This document shows, piece by piece, positions 51,180-64,000 of a stretch of DNA of 64,000 nucleotides; positions within the stretch are counted from its first letter, which is position 1; every line of letters starts with the position of its first letter. Under the pieces are notes generated by a model. The model saw only the letters and a list, made by a program, of their open reading frames with translations. It did not search any database and was not told where the DNA came from. Source of the DNA: Haliotis rubra. Taxonomy: Eukaryota. Both the position numbers and the translations under genes were made by a program. The stretch is from positions 4,216,001 through 4,280,000 of the forward strand of contig NW_025766002.1 in assembly GCF_003918875.1 (NCBI RefSeq), in the 5' to 3' direction.

Positions 51180-51480
51180 TATGATTTATGACGCATCTTT
51201 TTATCTTTACACATTTTGTCACGTAATATCTAATGTGATTAGCGTGGACGTGTATTAGTGCTACGTAGAAGCTATACTGTGATTATATGCATTATTTTTA
51301 TCGTTGGAAGCATATTGGTAATATATTTTCATATATGTAAATGTATGTATCATCCAAATCTTAGGAACTATATCAGCACACTGAGTGAGTGAGTTTAGTT
51401 TAACGCCACTTTTAGCAATATTCCAGCAATATCGTGGCAGGGGGCACCAGGGTGCCTATTCTCGAAAGTGAATGTACTTC

Positions 51481-51648
51481 ACTGTGTTACGGTAACATCA
51501 GGTAATGAATACATCTTGTCCAATTTCATTTAAGGTAAAAAAGTGGCTGTATGTTCTCAACGCTGTGTTACGGTAACATCAGGTAATGAATACATCTGAT
51601 GCAATTTCATTTATTTGAGTTAAATGAGTAGCTGTATGTTCTCAACGC
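51481..51648. repeat. ~81-bp direct tandem duplication
   Basis: ctgtgttacggtaacatcaggtaatgaatacatct...gctgtatgttctcaacgc occurs twice. Confidence 0.85.
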
Positions 51649-51829
51649 CTCCTTCAGCAACATCCCAGCTGTTCATGCGTGTTAACAACTGGGTCATATT
51701 CCAGTAGATATTATGATGGCATCGTTGTAAAACCTAAATTGTTAAATGCTACAAAGTGGACTCCGCAAGGTGAAATGAGAACACGAACAACGACCCCAGG
51801 GTTTGGAGACACACAGTCGCATTATCTTC

Positions 51830-51964
51830 ACAATTGGGATACGATGACAATCGCAATGTCATATGTCAACCAAGTCAGCGAGTCTGACCACCCGATCCTG
51901 TCAGTCGACTCGTGCGGCAAGCGTGGGTTGCTAAGACCAATTCTAACCCGGGTCATCACGGGTA
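51830..51964 (-). mobile_element. SINE family B, old 5' fragment
   Basis: gtcaaccaagtcagcgagtctgaccacccgatcc...ttctaacccgggtcatcacgggta. Confidence 0.75.
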
Positions 51965-52436
51965 CCTTATTCGACAAATCCTCATAGCCCTATCTTCATG
52001 TCATTCTTGGGCAACTGGGAACCAGTTCTGACGCACATGATTTGACATAACCTAATGACTGTTTTAGTAGTGACCGCGTGTTTTAATTAGTCATGCTCCT
52101 TTCCGTGTTCCTTTTACGTTCAGAAGTAACTTACTCAGAATACATATTTTGATAAATAAATTCTCTTTATAAATCCACTCTGCAATATACATGTATATAT
52201 TTGGTCACAAAACTCACTGAAAATTTAAAGAAATTTATTTTTATTATTATTAAATAGTTTAAGTATCATTACATTTTCATAAATATTTCTAATGGGTTTA
52301 TACTGTGTGGATTGATCACAAGTGCGAACTATGGATGGTACTCTCACTCTGAAAACGTCATGATACTGCATTCAGTTTCACAAACGCACGACCAATAAAC
52401 TGTATATCTGTCCGTGTGTCCTTCTCTCTGTTACCT

Positions 52437-52570
52437 GGGGCGGTGGGGTAGCCTAGTGGTTAAAGCGTTGGCTCGTCACGCCGAAGACCCGGGTTCGAAT
52501 CCCCACATGGGTACAATGTGTGACACCATTTCTGGTGTCCCCCGCCGAGATGTTGCTGGGATATTACTAA
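52437..52570 (+). mobile_element. SINE family A, 3'-truncated
   Basis: ggggcggtggggtagcctagtggttaaagcg...ggttcgaatcccc. Confidence 0.85.
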
Positions 52571-52651
52571 GGTGAGACCACATGTGTCACATGTGCTTCG
52601 TTGTGGGGCAGGACTCAAGTCCTAGAAACTCTCAGGAGTCAAGCTGTCAAA

Positions 52652-52707
52652 CACGGTCACCCATCCAAGGACTCTCCGAGCTCGACGCTGCTTAACTTCA
52701 CCGATTT
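52652..52707 (-). repeat. 5S rRNA-derived fragment (SINE3-like or 5S pseudogene piece)
   Basis: Minus strand gaagttaagcagcgtcgagctcggagagtccttggatgggtgaccg matches the 5S internal control region (box A to box C). Confidence 0.65.
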
Positions 52708-55215
52708 GTGACCTGAGCTTTAAGCACAGGACCACGCGCCACCACAGAGTTCGCCTGAGGCTGTGCAGAGTTAAGTCCCCTACACGTACCAGAATCCTAT
52801 GATCGTGGAATCGAATCCCGTTTCAGAGTCACTATGTTTCTAGGTTCTTCTCCACCATACCTGTGCTCATGTGTTTCACCAAAGTCATAATCGTCAAACA
52901 CCTGCTTCACATCGGACAACCTCTATCACATTTTCAAACCAAGTACACTCACTAACCCAAACAGTAGACAAACCTGATATTTGTAAGGTTCCAAAGAAAA
53001 TAACAGCTACAAACTTTATCAAAATACCCCCATGCATTGATCATGTTTTACGACAATTAATATGCTTCGCAAATAGGAATTTACGAAGTGGACATAATTT
53101 ATGGATAGTATCTTCATTAACATACTGTAACAGTGACGTTTAGGTACAGATCCTTTAGAATTGTCAAGTACAGCCTCTCCATACTGGTATATGAAAGAAA
53201 TTGATATCCATAATTCTATATACTTTGTCACCCATCAACTTGTAAGAAATGCAAATTAAACAAACAAACATCAGTAGGCAAACTTTCGACATGTTCGAAT
53301 TTGTCGTCATATGTTTGTTTTCAACGACGTTTCTCGTTAAACGCAACACGTGTTTACTAAATGTGAATTAGATTCAAGGACAATTTAGTCCGACAAACAG
53401 ACATCAATAACTGTTACCTGTCAGGCAAGCCGTGAGGCAGCATAAAGTCAAACATTAGCACACTAATTATCTCCTAAATACTTTTCTTGTCACGAAATTA
53501 CGCGTAATTCTACTAATCGGGAAACATTAAAGTCTCTCGAGGGTGACCAGTGGCTGTCAATTTGTGTATTTTTTAATTCATGCGTGTCTGATTGAGATGA
53601 ATTACGCTCATGACATGCACGTGCATGTTCATTTCATAATACACCGGGTTTTTTTATTCATTAGTAATCATAATCTAATATCCGGTCTCATGAAGTTGTA
53701 CTATTGTTTCCATGGTTCATCGCTGGCTAATCGAACTCATCTTAATACCAGACAAACTCAAGGTCCTCTTTGGTGTGAAACTCGTGTAAAGCCAGTGTGT
53801 GTCAGCTTTAATAATAACCAATAATTAAAAATCTGATTACCTTTACAGTATGCTTCATAACTACAGACCTGATTTAAGATTATTTTAATAAATGTCTTTT
53901 TTAATTAAAATTTCAGCATTTATTCGCCGCCGAAACGATACAATGTATGAAATCTAGAGTCATATTATGGACAAAATAATTACTTCCATTGTATTCTGTC
54001 GAAAAAGTTTATTGTTAATATAATTCAATATTAGCATTGTTTAATGTCAATAATTACAAGGTAATTAATATTTCAAACACGAATACGACAGGCAGTGTTA
54101 GACATTATACCTCAGCTGTCAAAAGTTACAAATCAGATTTAGAAGATGCCGAGGATGACATGTTGATGGCTTGAGAGTTACATGAAAACTGTTAAATATA
54201 AACCGGTTCCCGTAGGGACACGCGGCATCACGTCCATGCCACGAGCCAAATCCCGCGCCAACTGACCGAAGTCCGACGGCCTATGAATAAGGGTCACTGA
54301 TGGACAATAAGTGACCAGTACCTTCTAGTGATGTCATCGAAATGACCACTGTTGGTGTCAGGGAGCGCTCACATCAACTTGTTGGGTTCAAGAGCTTCAT
54401 TAATTTTGCACAATACAAATATGGCCGCCCCCGGCGTCGCCGCCATCTTGGAAATACGGATTTGATGGCCGACAATTATACCCTTGAGTTATCCTTGGCT
54501 CATCCTTGTATTGTTGGGATTAATTTGATCCGGACTTGATTGTCATTAATTTAGCCTCAATTACCCGATTTTCCTCCATGACAGCGAGCGTTAGTTTGAA
54601 TTTCACACATAATAGAGAACTGTAGAATTTGAAATGTAATCCTTGTTTATCGTGCGGACACAATTCTATGTTACTTGTCATATTTGAAGTTATAGTCAAT
54701 GTGTTTGTTAGATGACTTATCTGATTCGTGCTCAATCTATGAAATTCGCTGTATATGACATATACGCAGAACCACTATTCACTTCGATTTTTATCATATC
54801 TAGACTGATCAAAGTACAAATAATTTTTCCAGTTCCAATATCCTCCATTTATATTATGATGCATTCATTTAAAGTTCTGTGACTATTATTTGAGCGTTGT
54901 GTTGGCGGTATGCTCCAAAATAATTTCTATATTTCAGTGCAAGCAAGTGATTATAGGGGGTCTTACAGGCACGAGGAACATGCCATGTTGTTATTACATC
55001 TGTATGTATTATAAAATATCATTGAAAATGTATGATCAAAAGGCCATAGTGTGAAACAGACAAACAAATCAAACTTTTGTAGTCATGGTAAATTGTACTC
55101 TCTGTACACAATAGGATGACAACGGGTCTCGCCCTTGTAGACGTACAGTCTGACAATTATTGTTCTTATTCGGTTTGTAACGCTCAGTGGGTGGATATTC
55201 ATACCATAATCTGAT

Positions 55216-55841
55216 AAGTAGAATCAAGTATAGACTATACATTATTAAGTAGAATCAAGTATAGACTATACATTATTAAGAAGAATCAAGTATAGACTAT
55301 ACATTATTAAGTAGAATCAAGTATAGACTATACATTATTAAGTAGAATGAAGTATAGACTATACATTAGTAAGTAGAATCAAGTATAGACTATACATTAT
55401 TAAGTAGAATCAAGTATAGACTATACATTATTAAGTAGAATCAAGTATAGACTATACATTATTAAGTAGAATCAAGTATAGACTATACATTAGTAAGTTA
55501 CTGTAGAATCAAGTATTGACTATACATTATTAAGTAGAATCAAGTATAGACTATACATTATTAAGTAGAATCAAGTATAAACTATACATTATTAAGTAGA
55601 ATCAAGTATAGACTATATATTATTAAGTAGAATCAAGTATAGACTATACATTATTAAGTAGAATGAAGTATAGACTATACATTATTAAGTAGAATGAAGT
55701 ATAGACTATACATTATTAAGTAGAATCAAGTATAGACTATACATTATTAAGTAGAATCAAGTATAGACTATACATTATTAAGTAGAATCAAGTATAGACT
55801 ATACATTATTAAGTAGAATCAAGTATAGACTATACATTATT
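55216..55841. repeat. 31-bp minisatellite, ~20 copies
   Basis: aagtagaatcaagtatagactatacattatt head to tail, no spacers, one short insertion near 55500. Confidence 0.97.
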
Positions 55842-56032
55842 TCAACACACTGAAGACACGAAACGGATTAAGACAGTACAACAACAAACACACTGACATT
55901 ATCAACAAGAATATTGATGATCATGTCCACACCACTGTATACGGGTATAAATACAGGTCTTTGAATGGCATACAAAAGTGATACACATAAGGAAGAGAGT
56001 TTTATGGATGTCAACTTCTTTATTATGAGGAA

Positions 56033-56072
56033 CACAACGTTTCGGAGCATATTCTCACTCCTTCATCAGATG
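56033..56072 (-). ncRNA. Minimal hammerhead ribozyme motif, Penelope-like-element type
   Basis: Minus strand cat-CTGATGA-a-GGAGT-loop-GCTCC-GAAA-CG-TT-gtg, followed by AATAAA. Confidence 0.6.
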
Positions 56073-56255
56073 AATGAATGCTATGCGGCAGAGAGCATAT
56101 ATATTCATTCACCTGATGAAATAGTTTTATGGATGTCAACTTCTTTAACTTCATCAACTTCTTCTATTCATTCAACGTCTATGTTATGAATAACGCAACG
56201 CTTCGGTGAATATCCTTACTCATTCATCGAGTGAATGAATGCTATGAGACAGAGA

Positions 56256-56256
<1 letters not shown>

Positions 56257-56290
<34 letters not shown>
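56257..56290. repeat. (CA)n microsatellite
   Basis: Read directly from the sequence. Confidence 0.95.
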
Positions 56291-56292
<2 letters not shown>

Positions 56293-56636
56293 GAGATATA
56301 GATAGATATATAGATATATATATATTCATTGACCCCATAATGAGAAAGTTGACATCCATAAAACTCTCTTCCTCGGGTATACATTTTTGTTACATTATCT
56401 GAAATAATACACACCAATCGCAAATACATGTCTCCTACAAGCATACTAGATGTAATTCACCTTATGATGGTGATGGTGGTGACGACAAAAACATAGTGTT
56501 TCTTCTAGTGCATAATACTAATAATAGAAAGGTAAATCGTTCTGTTATTGAATCACTTAATATTTGTATTATGTTACTTGAGAGCTTTTTCTGAGCGATA
56601 AATGCTATTTCTTTGTATTATTATTGAATTATAATT

Positions 56637-56675
56637 CACCTGATGAAGGAGCAGAATTAGCTCTGAAACGTCGTA
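56637..56675 (+). ncRNA. Minimal hammerhead ribozyme motif, Penelope-like-element type
   Basis: cac-CTGATGA-a-GGAGC-loop-GCTCT-GAAA-CG-TC-gta, followed by AATAAA. Confidence 0.6.
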
Positions 56676-59600
56676 CAAAGAATAAAATAAGTTGTTATCC
56701 ATAAAAACGGGTCATGCATTCATGTCGTTGTAGTCTGTTTTTAACCTCCAACGTGCATATATGAAATTTAAGCAAAGTAATCTCAGAAAATGTATGATGA
56801 TGTTTACAGTATTGCAAGGTTCTGATGACATTTGGATTGTATTTATTCATGCATCTGTCATATTGTACTTGTGTTGTGTTATGATATGGAATTAATGTGA
56901 CCAAATGTATCTACAAATATACGCTGGACCGGAGGCCTAGTATACAAATAAAAAAATCTTGAATCTGCTCGGGCATTTTTATATGTTCATTCTAGTTTAT
57001 TGCACCGTCCATACGCTCATTATTCATACCTCTCTATGAAGCATCCTGTCATTTTGTCAATACAAATATTTCTTTTGAAGTTACACGTGACAGGGAATTC
57101 CTATTTCCGATATTGCCACACCATGGCGTTCCTCTCATCACGATCTCTCTTTATCATCATCATATTTCAGTTGCAGACCTTTTACGATTCATGGTACGTA
57201 TTGAGTTCCATAATGTCTCATCCTACCCTCCCATTACACCATGTCCCCGTGAGCATCTCACAATGCGGCCCCATGATGAGATCAGCCACGCCAATTAAGG
57301 ATTACCATTGGCTCAGATTCTTCTACGAACATACTTTTTTAACAATAGGATGGCGCAAAACCAATCTATCAGGGCATGCTTAAAACATTCGGCCCCTGTA
57401 TTTGGTCACTCCCACAAGTAAAGAACACCGTTAAATATCCCATGTTAGACAACGGTCATCAATTTGAAACCTTAGGGTCAATATTTTCCCATTGTTCCTT
57501 CCGAAACTTGCGTTAATATTTTTCTTTCTTTATGCCTTAAAGTGCGAACGCGTGTATGAGATAAATATGGATAAAACGCTGTATTATTATGATATGTTTT
57601 AAATAGAAAAAGCTTTTTTAATGTCGATTCAATTTCTGGGAATTTGAAGGATGTGACTATTATCCATGCGCATTAGTGTACACAAGGCTGTTGATGTGTT
57701 ATTAGGTTTTGTTTAACACAATGGCTTGCCAGTAAGCCATTATATCCACGTGTGTCAAGAATAAAATTTCTCACATTTTGGGAAATTTAAACAGCATTTA
57801 CCCTGTTATTAAATTTCAAGATAATAGGCATTGATCTGATATTTTAAGTTGATAGTATTTTTTGCATGTTTTAGATATCAGTTTCATTTTAAAGACATTC
57901 TAAAGTTAACGGTTCCTTCCGTTAAATGTTTTCTCTGAGACAGCTTCAGTCGTTTTTCGTTTTCAGGGCTTTTATGTTCGATTTTTTTCCAAATATTCAT
58001 AGCCCCCCTTTTCACTCTATTTTCTTTATCTTCAAAATCATGAGTGAAATATATCAATCGAAATTAATGTACTAACTGCACGATAAAAACGGATTACCGT
58101 GTTAACTTAGGAGTTTCGAAACTATTTCACAGTGGAAAGTTCTGGATATGAACCATAACACTGATCAGAACATTAAACCATATTCCGGAAACACTTATCT
58201 TTTTCTCTGCATAATATAATAAAGCGCTACGTATGGAAGAGTCACTTGAGTTCATGAGGAAAATATGACGGTTCGTCAAAAAGAGCATCAGAATATTTGT
58301 CAGTTATCGGTTGTAGAAATTTTTGAAGAGGTAGATTTTGAGCCCTAATTCGAAAGCTTCTAAAGATGAAACATTTTTGATGGGAGAAGGAAGACTGTTC
58401 CACAAATCCCCCCAAACAACACTAACCAGTATTTCATTCTTGAATGCCCTTTCAAAAACCACTTGTGGAATCTGATCTACTTACAGTTAACTAGTTATGT
58501 TGTGTGTTTCCATGCCCCACAGATGTAAGACTGCAAGCACATATGCATTATCTTTAATTGTACGCCCTACAGTTGCTTCCCTGCTTTGCTATTATTGCTA
58601 ACCAGAGGTTCGACACTACCTGTATTCGATATTAGTTGTATAGTACACGACGGTTATGTCGAACTCAAGGGGACCGCCGATTTAGTTCATTGTAACCACA
58701 TTTCTTACACGTATTTCGACTAAAATAGGGAGTACACAGCATGAGACCGGGACCTAAACGGTTCGTTATATCTGTTAGTTCGTTATAAGCGAGTTTGATA
58801 CAAACACAGTTTAGTTTATCTGAAGACATGCGATAGCTATACTATATGGGTTGTACTTATTGTGTGACTTGATGTTGCACCCATACTTGCATTGTCTTCA
58901 TTTGTGTGCATTACGGAGGCATGCATATATGCATTATCATTATTAGTGACTTGCGATTACATGTATATTAATGCATTTACGTGTTGCTTGGATACAGAAG
59001 AGTTAAACAATTATATTTTTTAAGTATTTTTTCAAGAATCATTTGCAGACAAAAAGGCCAAATAAAATAACTTAAAGTATTTTCAGGAAGATCGTTTTTC
59101 AAAGTCTCCCAGCTGTTTTGTATTACTTTTTTTCAAAATTCCCAGTGTCTCACCACGATTGGCTCTCTGAAAGGAATCAGGGTCCTCAATCTGAGAAGAG
59201 AATTCTGTAGCTACTAAGCTACCCCCACTTCTATAAAACCCTTTTCTTTTTACTGTATTTTTAAAACATCCTGAATATTAATAAATATATCATATTGTGA
59301 ACATTTTAAGAATATCTAAAAAAGACACAACTTTTCTCTTGGTTCTCGTGGGAAATAGGACCTCTTTCCGGTGTTTTTAAGGCCAGTGGAAATAAGATAC
59401 ACGCATTGCTTCATTCATATCTCAATCATTGATTATAAATCTCTCGTTAATATCGCTCATTATGAGAGAACAGTCGGCGAGTCAGATTGAGTCAGTTTTT
59501 GTCTGTGAACGACTGAAGAGGTTCTATACTGGTGTCTCCTCTTGTTTGAAAGGAAGTATGTAGCTAGAAATGATTAATTGCATGTACTGTTTGGAGTATG

Positions 59601-60084
59601 AATACAGGGTGATCTCTTCTCATTTTCATTCGCCTGTCATCAGGTTATAGGTGTGTATGTGAACATATTTATTGACATTCATTTATCACTCACCACCCCG
59701 ACTAGGTGTGCTATACTCCAGACAGTTGTCCGAGCGATCACTGAAGCGCATCGGATAAACGATGCTATTGTTTTCGCGATAATATTAGTGACCTTTCCCG
59801 TGTCAAGATTTAGAAGAATATCTTTGTAATGAATAGCCCTCAGGTGATATTGTATTACTATGAGAATGACATTGTCTGCGTTTACGGAGAAAGTCATCGA
59901 GTACACAACTGTAGCGGGATAGGAATGCAAACCATAACAAAGATTTAGGATTCAGTGAGAGAAACTAAACCGCCTATTAAACTTCACTCGATAACTGTCA
60001 CTAATAATACGTCACTTTCGCTTTGTTTGGTTTTTTACACAATGAGAAATGATTTTTCATGTCTTGTGAAAAATGACCAGAGTG

Positions 60085-60222
60085 AGAGTGAGCAGGTATG
60101 GTTTTAAGTGGCTCGTAGCATAGTTTTACCATGGCTTCAGACATTGTACCAATGTTGGGAATAGAACGGGGACATTCGGCATGACAAGGGACCGGAGTAA
60201 CCGTTTGGCTACCACGCCGCCC
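60085..60222 (-). mobile_element. SINE family A, old and diverged
   Basis: cattgtaccaatgttgggaatagaacgggg...ggctaccacgccgccc. Confidence 0.55.
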
Positions 60223-61291
60223 GTAGAAACAATACACATGAATCAAAATAACAAAAACTACGCTAGTTTATGCCATCAACTGACTTGAATGTTCATCTGC
60301 ATTCCACTGCAGCAGAATCAGCGGTGGTGAAATGGGCAGTCATCAACAGATATTTATTGGATTTTTGGGACCATTTGGACCTATCCTTAGTTAACATCAG
60401 AAGAGTTTACATCTTAAAAGCAAAGGGATATAGTTGCTAGTTTTGTTCTACCCTAAGATAATCAGAATGGGCCGTGGGTGTTCTTGAACGCTTCCCTGTT
60501 GAAAAGAAGCGACAAAACCCTTTTCACATTTGTCATTAACAGGTCATTAAAACACACGCCTATAATAAGCATCTCATACGTCTATATGGTGTACTTTCAA
60601 CGGCCATGTGCCACTTGAATGGTTTGTTCTTCCTATCAGCAAAACAAAATATATGATTACCCATTCAACCACTAAGCCGCAAGATTTTGTCTGTACTTTA
60701 ATTGGCTATAAGCGGATTAGGATTAACAGTCCAGAACTTGCACAATTATAGTCTGTTCTAGTAAGTGGAGTTCACTCGACACCAAGTTCACTTACTGACC
60801 ACACTGAACACAGTTCATAATGATCAGTGAATCAAATCAATCTAATGTATCTATGTATTTGCAGATGATATTTGCAATGCCATTTACAATTTCACCAAAT
60901 TTGTCAAATAATTCATATTCGTGTATTTGTTGATGTTACATGCAATATTACTAAAGTTAAAAATGTCACCATGTTTGTCAAATGATTCGTATTCGTGCAT
61001 TTATTGCATTTGCGGGTGTTATATGCAATAAGCAAAATGTGATAACTTTGCCCTTTCTCCGTATTTGCTGGCATACTTGCATTTCTAATACAGACTATAG
61101 CCTTAATCCCGATTTGTTCTAAGGCAAAAAGAGAACACTCCCTGAATGTTTAAGGAGAAGGGGATTTCTCCCCGGGCGTCATATACCTTCTTCAGACTTG
61201 GTTGACGGGACTGGAATCTCTTATCAGTTCAGATTATCACCCTTGGTCTGTCTGCTCCATACGCATGCTCGTATCGTAAATAATTGAAAGA

Positions 61292-61456
61292 TGGTGGTAT
61301 AGCGTAGTGGTTAAAGCTTCGCTCGACACGCAAAAGGTCCAGGTTCCATTCCCCACATGGGCATATTCCATTTGTGAAGCCCATTTCTGGAGTCCCCCGC
61401 CGTGATACTGCTGGAATATTTTTACAACGCGACGTAAAACGCACAGTTATTCACTT
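61292..61456 (+). mobile_element. SINE family A, diverged
   Basis: tagcgtagtggttaaagc...gtgaagcccatttctggagtcccccgccgtgat. Confidence 0.8.
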
Positions 61457-62789
61457 ATAAGAACTGTGCTACCGCTTCAGGGGCTTTGTCAATTTTCAGA
61501 TGAATAATTGATTTGCCTGTGCATGTGTTTGTGACGGGTACCATGAGAGACACAGGTCACGCTCAATTTTAATCGAACATCGGTTGTAGTGATTCAGAAA
61601 AACCTCGGTTGTAGTGATTCAGAAACAAAGCCATAGACGGAATCGTATAATAGACTTTTTCAGATTTGAAACCTTCGGATTCCAACTGGTTTCCTTAAAC
61701 AGTATGTCTTATACATGATGCCATTAATATGGTAAAAAGCACCGAAACCATTTTTCAGTAGTATGAAAGTAGAATTACTCTTAGTGAGATTTATTAGATA
61801 CTTTTATGTGATGTTTTGTGATTGTTATTTTGGTAGTCTGTTTTCCCTTTTTCAGGTGGGGTATGTGTTTTTTTACATATTTTAATTACCGCTGCAATAT
61901 TGATTCACTCACACATTGTGATTCTGAAAGGGAGACGTCTGTGGTTAAAAGTGCGTGGGCTAAGGCCATAATGCTTGACATTCTGACAAACCAAGCATCA
62001 TATGAACCCATTACCAGCGGATCCTGACTCAACTAAGGGACGAAAACCTGTCCAGCCATTTGTCCATCCACGCCCTCGATATATGTCTTACAAGCTCACC
62101 TTTTCGTGAACACCGGGTATTATCCCTACTTTGATAGTTATTCATGAATGCATGTTCATGTCATAGTCAGAATTGTAAGTCGCTTTTATGTGGAAAGGGT
62201 TTTGTCGCCTTTATTTCATTATGTCGGCAACCATGCACAAGCCTGCCCGTCCTCAAACGCCACAGGTAAGAGAACACGAAATCAACATTGAAACCGTGCC
62301 CTGACCACCACCCCATATCCCTTACCTGACCATATATATAGAGCTGTATGTATGTACACGGCAGGTCAGGCACACATTTATAACATTGAAAACTCCAACT
62401 CAAACATCTCCAACGAAACAAATTTATTCGTTTCATTCTAGGTATGTTCAATGTTCATGACATAATTAAAACAACAGCATTGAATAGCACAATAACTCGT
62501 TATATTGCAAAGCCCGGTTGGTGATAAAGTAACTTATCATGACTTTACATAGCACCTTTCAAATAACAAAAACATTAATATCATTTGGTAAGGCACTAAT
62601 ATCAATGAGACAATGGTCCATAACATTAGGTAACAATTACACAAGGTTCACAAGAAGATAGAGTGTAAGGACATCATTTGGCCGTTTGTAAGAATATAGT
62701 ACACGTAAATATGTACGTGTGAAAAGCCTCATGAGATTGTGTTCATCTTCAAGACACGTGATCACATTCAATGTACACACTTAACTTTC

Positions 62790-63141
62790 TGACCGCCTCC
62801 GTGGTGTAGTGGTTAGAGCGTCCGCCCGGAGAGCGGAAGGTCGCGGTTCGATCCCCGACCGCGTCATACCAAAAGACGTTAAAATATGGTACTTGTTGGT
62901 CCCTGCCTGGCGCTCGGCATTAATGGGTACAACAAGGACTGGTCGGCTCGGAGTCAGTATAATGTGTCTGAGTGGGGTATTCATGCTTCACTGCGGCATG
63001 GTATCTCAGTGGGCTAGCACTATAAAACCAGCTTAAGTCTGGGCTAGTACAAGCAGCCGCACATACACATACACACGCATGCACGTCGTCATATGAGCGA
63101 AATATTCTCAAGCACGACGTTAAACCCATTTCCACCACCAC
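62790..63141 (+). mobile_element. SINE family C, full length
   Basis: tRNA-like head (TGGTGTAGTGG, GGTTCGATCCC), core tggtacttgttggtccctgcctggcgctcggcatt, (CAC)n tail, 12-bp TSD cacttaactttc. Confidence 0.9.
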
Positions 63142-63491
63142 CACTTAACTTTCCTAAATCTCGGTCCATGATTACTAAGTGCGGTAATAACCTGCTGGTT
63201 TATATCATTCACAGGGCGGTGTGGTAGCCTCGTGGTTAAAGCGCTCGCGAGGTCACTCAATACAATTCATACTTTACCAATATTGCCAGTGTAGTTGGAT
63301 TTGTCAGAACTTGTTTCAGTAACCTACTTGACAAATATTAGACAAATATGACACTCCTGACAGTAATTGGATGAAGATAGTAGACTGCGGACAGGACCTT
63401 TAATGGTGAAAATAATGTAAAATATAAACATAAATATATAGTTTCTGCTCATTTGACAATATCACAACTTGATTGTTTGATGTAGTGTTCT

Positions 63492-63998
63492 TTAGTTATA
63501 TGTTAGAGTGATGTTTATACTGTGATTACAAAGTTGCTGCTTAATGTTCTGGTACGATTGGTTACTCTGGTGCTGAAGATAGTCGCTATGGTAACGAGGA
63601 AGTCTGGAGATTCCGTCATTTCCATGTATGTTGGCATTTTGCGTATCAGTTTTAGGTAACTGTCTGTAATTTCCGCTACCATAACCTGGCGTGGAGCATG
63701 ACGAGGTAGCAAAGCTGGGTGGTTCTCGGAACCGGATCCACGGAATATCAGTGTCTTTGCTGTTTGAATGAGCAAAACTGTTCTGTAGTACGTCAAAAGC
63801 CGTTTTAGGGGCTTCGTTTGGATGGGACTTTTGTTGAACCGGTTTCAGTTCTTCAAGCCGTCTTGGTGGAGACGAGGAACCGATTGCTTCGTGAGAGTCA
63901 CTTGATTTACACGTGGAGAAGAAAGCACTGCTTGCACGATCTTGATTAGTCTGTTCGGCACCGTAAATAGAGAAATATCTTTCCGAAGAATGGATGGA
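63492..63998 (-). CDS. Probable terminal coding exon of a neighbouring gene, running off the window; Ser/Pro/Gln-rich, product unknown
   Basis: Stop-free minus frame of 169 codons (SIHSSERYFSIYGAE...NHSINITLTYN*). It is absent from the ORF track because it has no start codon. GC is visibly higher than the flanks. Confidence 0.55.
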   Translation of the reverse strand, partial: SIHSSERYFSIYGAEQTNQDRASSAFFSTCKSSDSHEAIGSSSPPRRLEELKPVQQKSHPNEAPKTAFDVLQNSFAHSNSKDTDIPWIRFREPPSFATSSCSTPGYGSGNYRQLPKTDTQNANIHGNDGISRLPRYHSDYLQHQSNQSYQNIKQQLCNHSINITLTYN

Positions 63999-64000
63999 TG

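Noticed and set aside
52652-52707. Functional 5S rRNA gene
   Set aside because: Only ~55 nt of the internal control region match; the ends are missing.
55216-55841. CRISPR array (31-bp repeat with dyad symmetry)
   Set aside because: Units are contiguous with no spacers, there are no cas genes, and the context is eukaryotic.
55849-55868. Hammerhead at ctgaagacacgaaac
   Set aside because: No room for stem II and no matching NUH/stem I.
47900-63400. Short ORFs of 60-127 aa across the intergenic region
   Set aside because: No recognisable motifs or exon structure; many lie inside SINEs or start at non-ATG codons.

Overview
AT-rich animal genomic DNA with GT-AG introns. The SINE repertoire suggests a mollusc, possibly a gastropod such as abalone (inference only). 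Bases 1-47.5 kb hold a tandem, same-strand array of eight paralogues, here V1-V8, of one gene with a non-coding first exon and four coding segments. It encodes a ~460-480 aa protein with no signal peptide: an N-terminal MIDAS-type von Willebrand A domain, a Thr/Lys/Arg-rich linker, and a basic C-terminal domain. The C-terminal motifs resemble the plant EFFECTOR OF TRANSCRIPTION/HRT-type GIY-YIG domain but lack the catalytic residues. V4, V5, V7 and V8 look intact, V1 is cut by the window edge, V3 has a 1-nt frameshift, V2 is a deleted pseudogene, and V6 is a 3' remnant left after a LINE replaced the rest. The array shows variable MIDAS-face loops, gene-conversion tracts, an intron collapsed into coding sequence, and a conserved TTCCGCGAA + TGA(C/T)GTCA promoter module present twice per unit. 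Mobile DNA includes a degenerate APE-RT LINE with a 2A/StopGo-like motif and an in-frame ORF1/ORF2 stop, a Tc1 DD34E transposon, an R4/NeSL-type relic, a 9-bp-TSD MULE-like insert, palindromic MITEs, three SINE families and Penelope-type minimal hammerhead motifs. Bases 48-63 kb are repeat-rich intergenic DNA. A probable last exon of a minus-strand gene enters at the right edge. All domain calls come from motif reading by eye; no searches were run.
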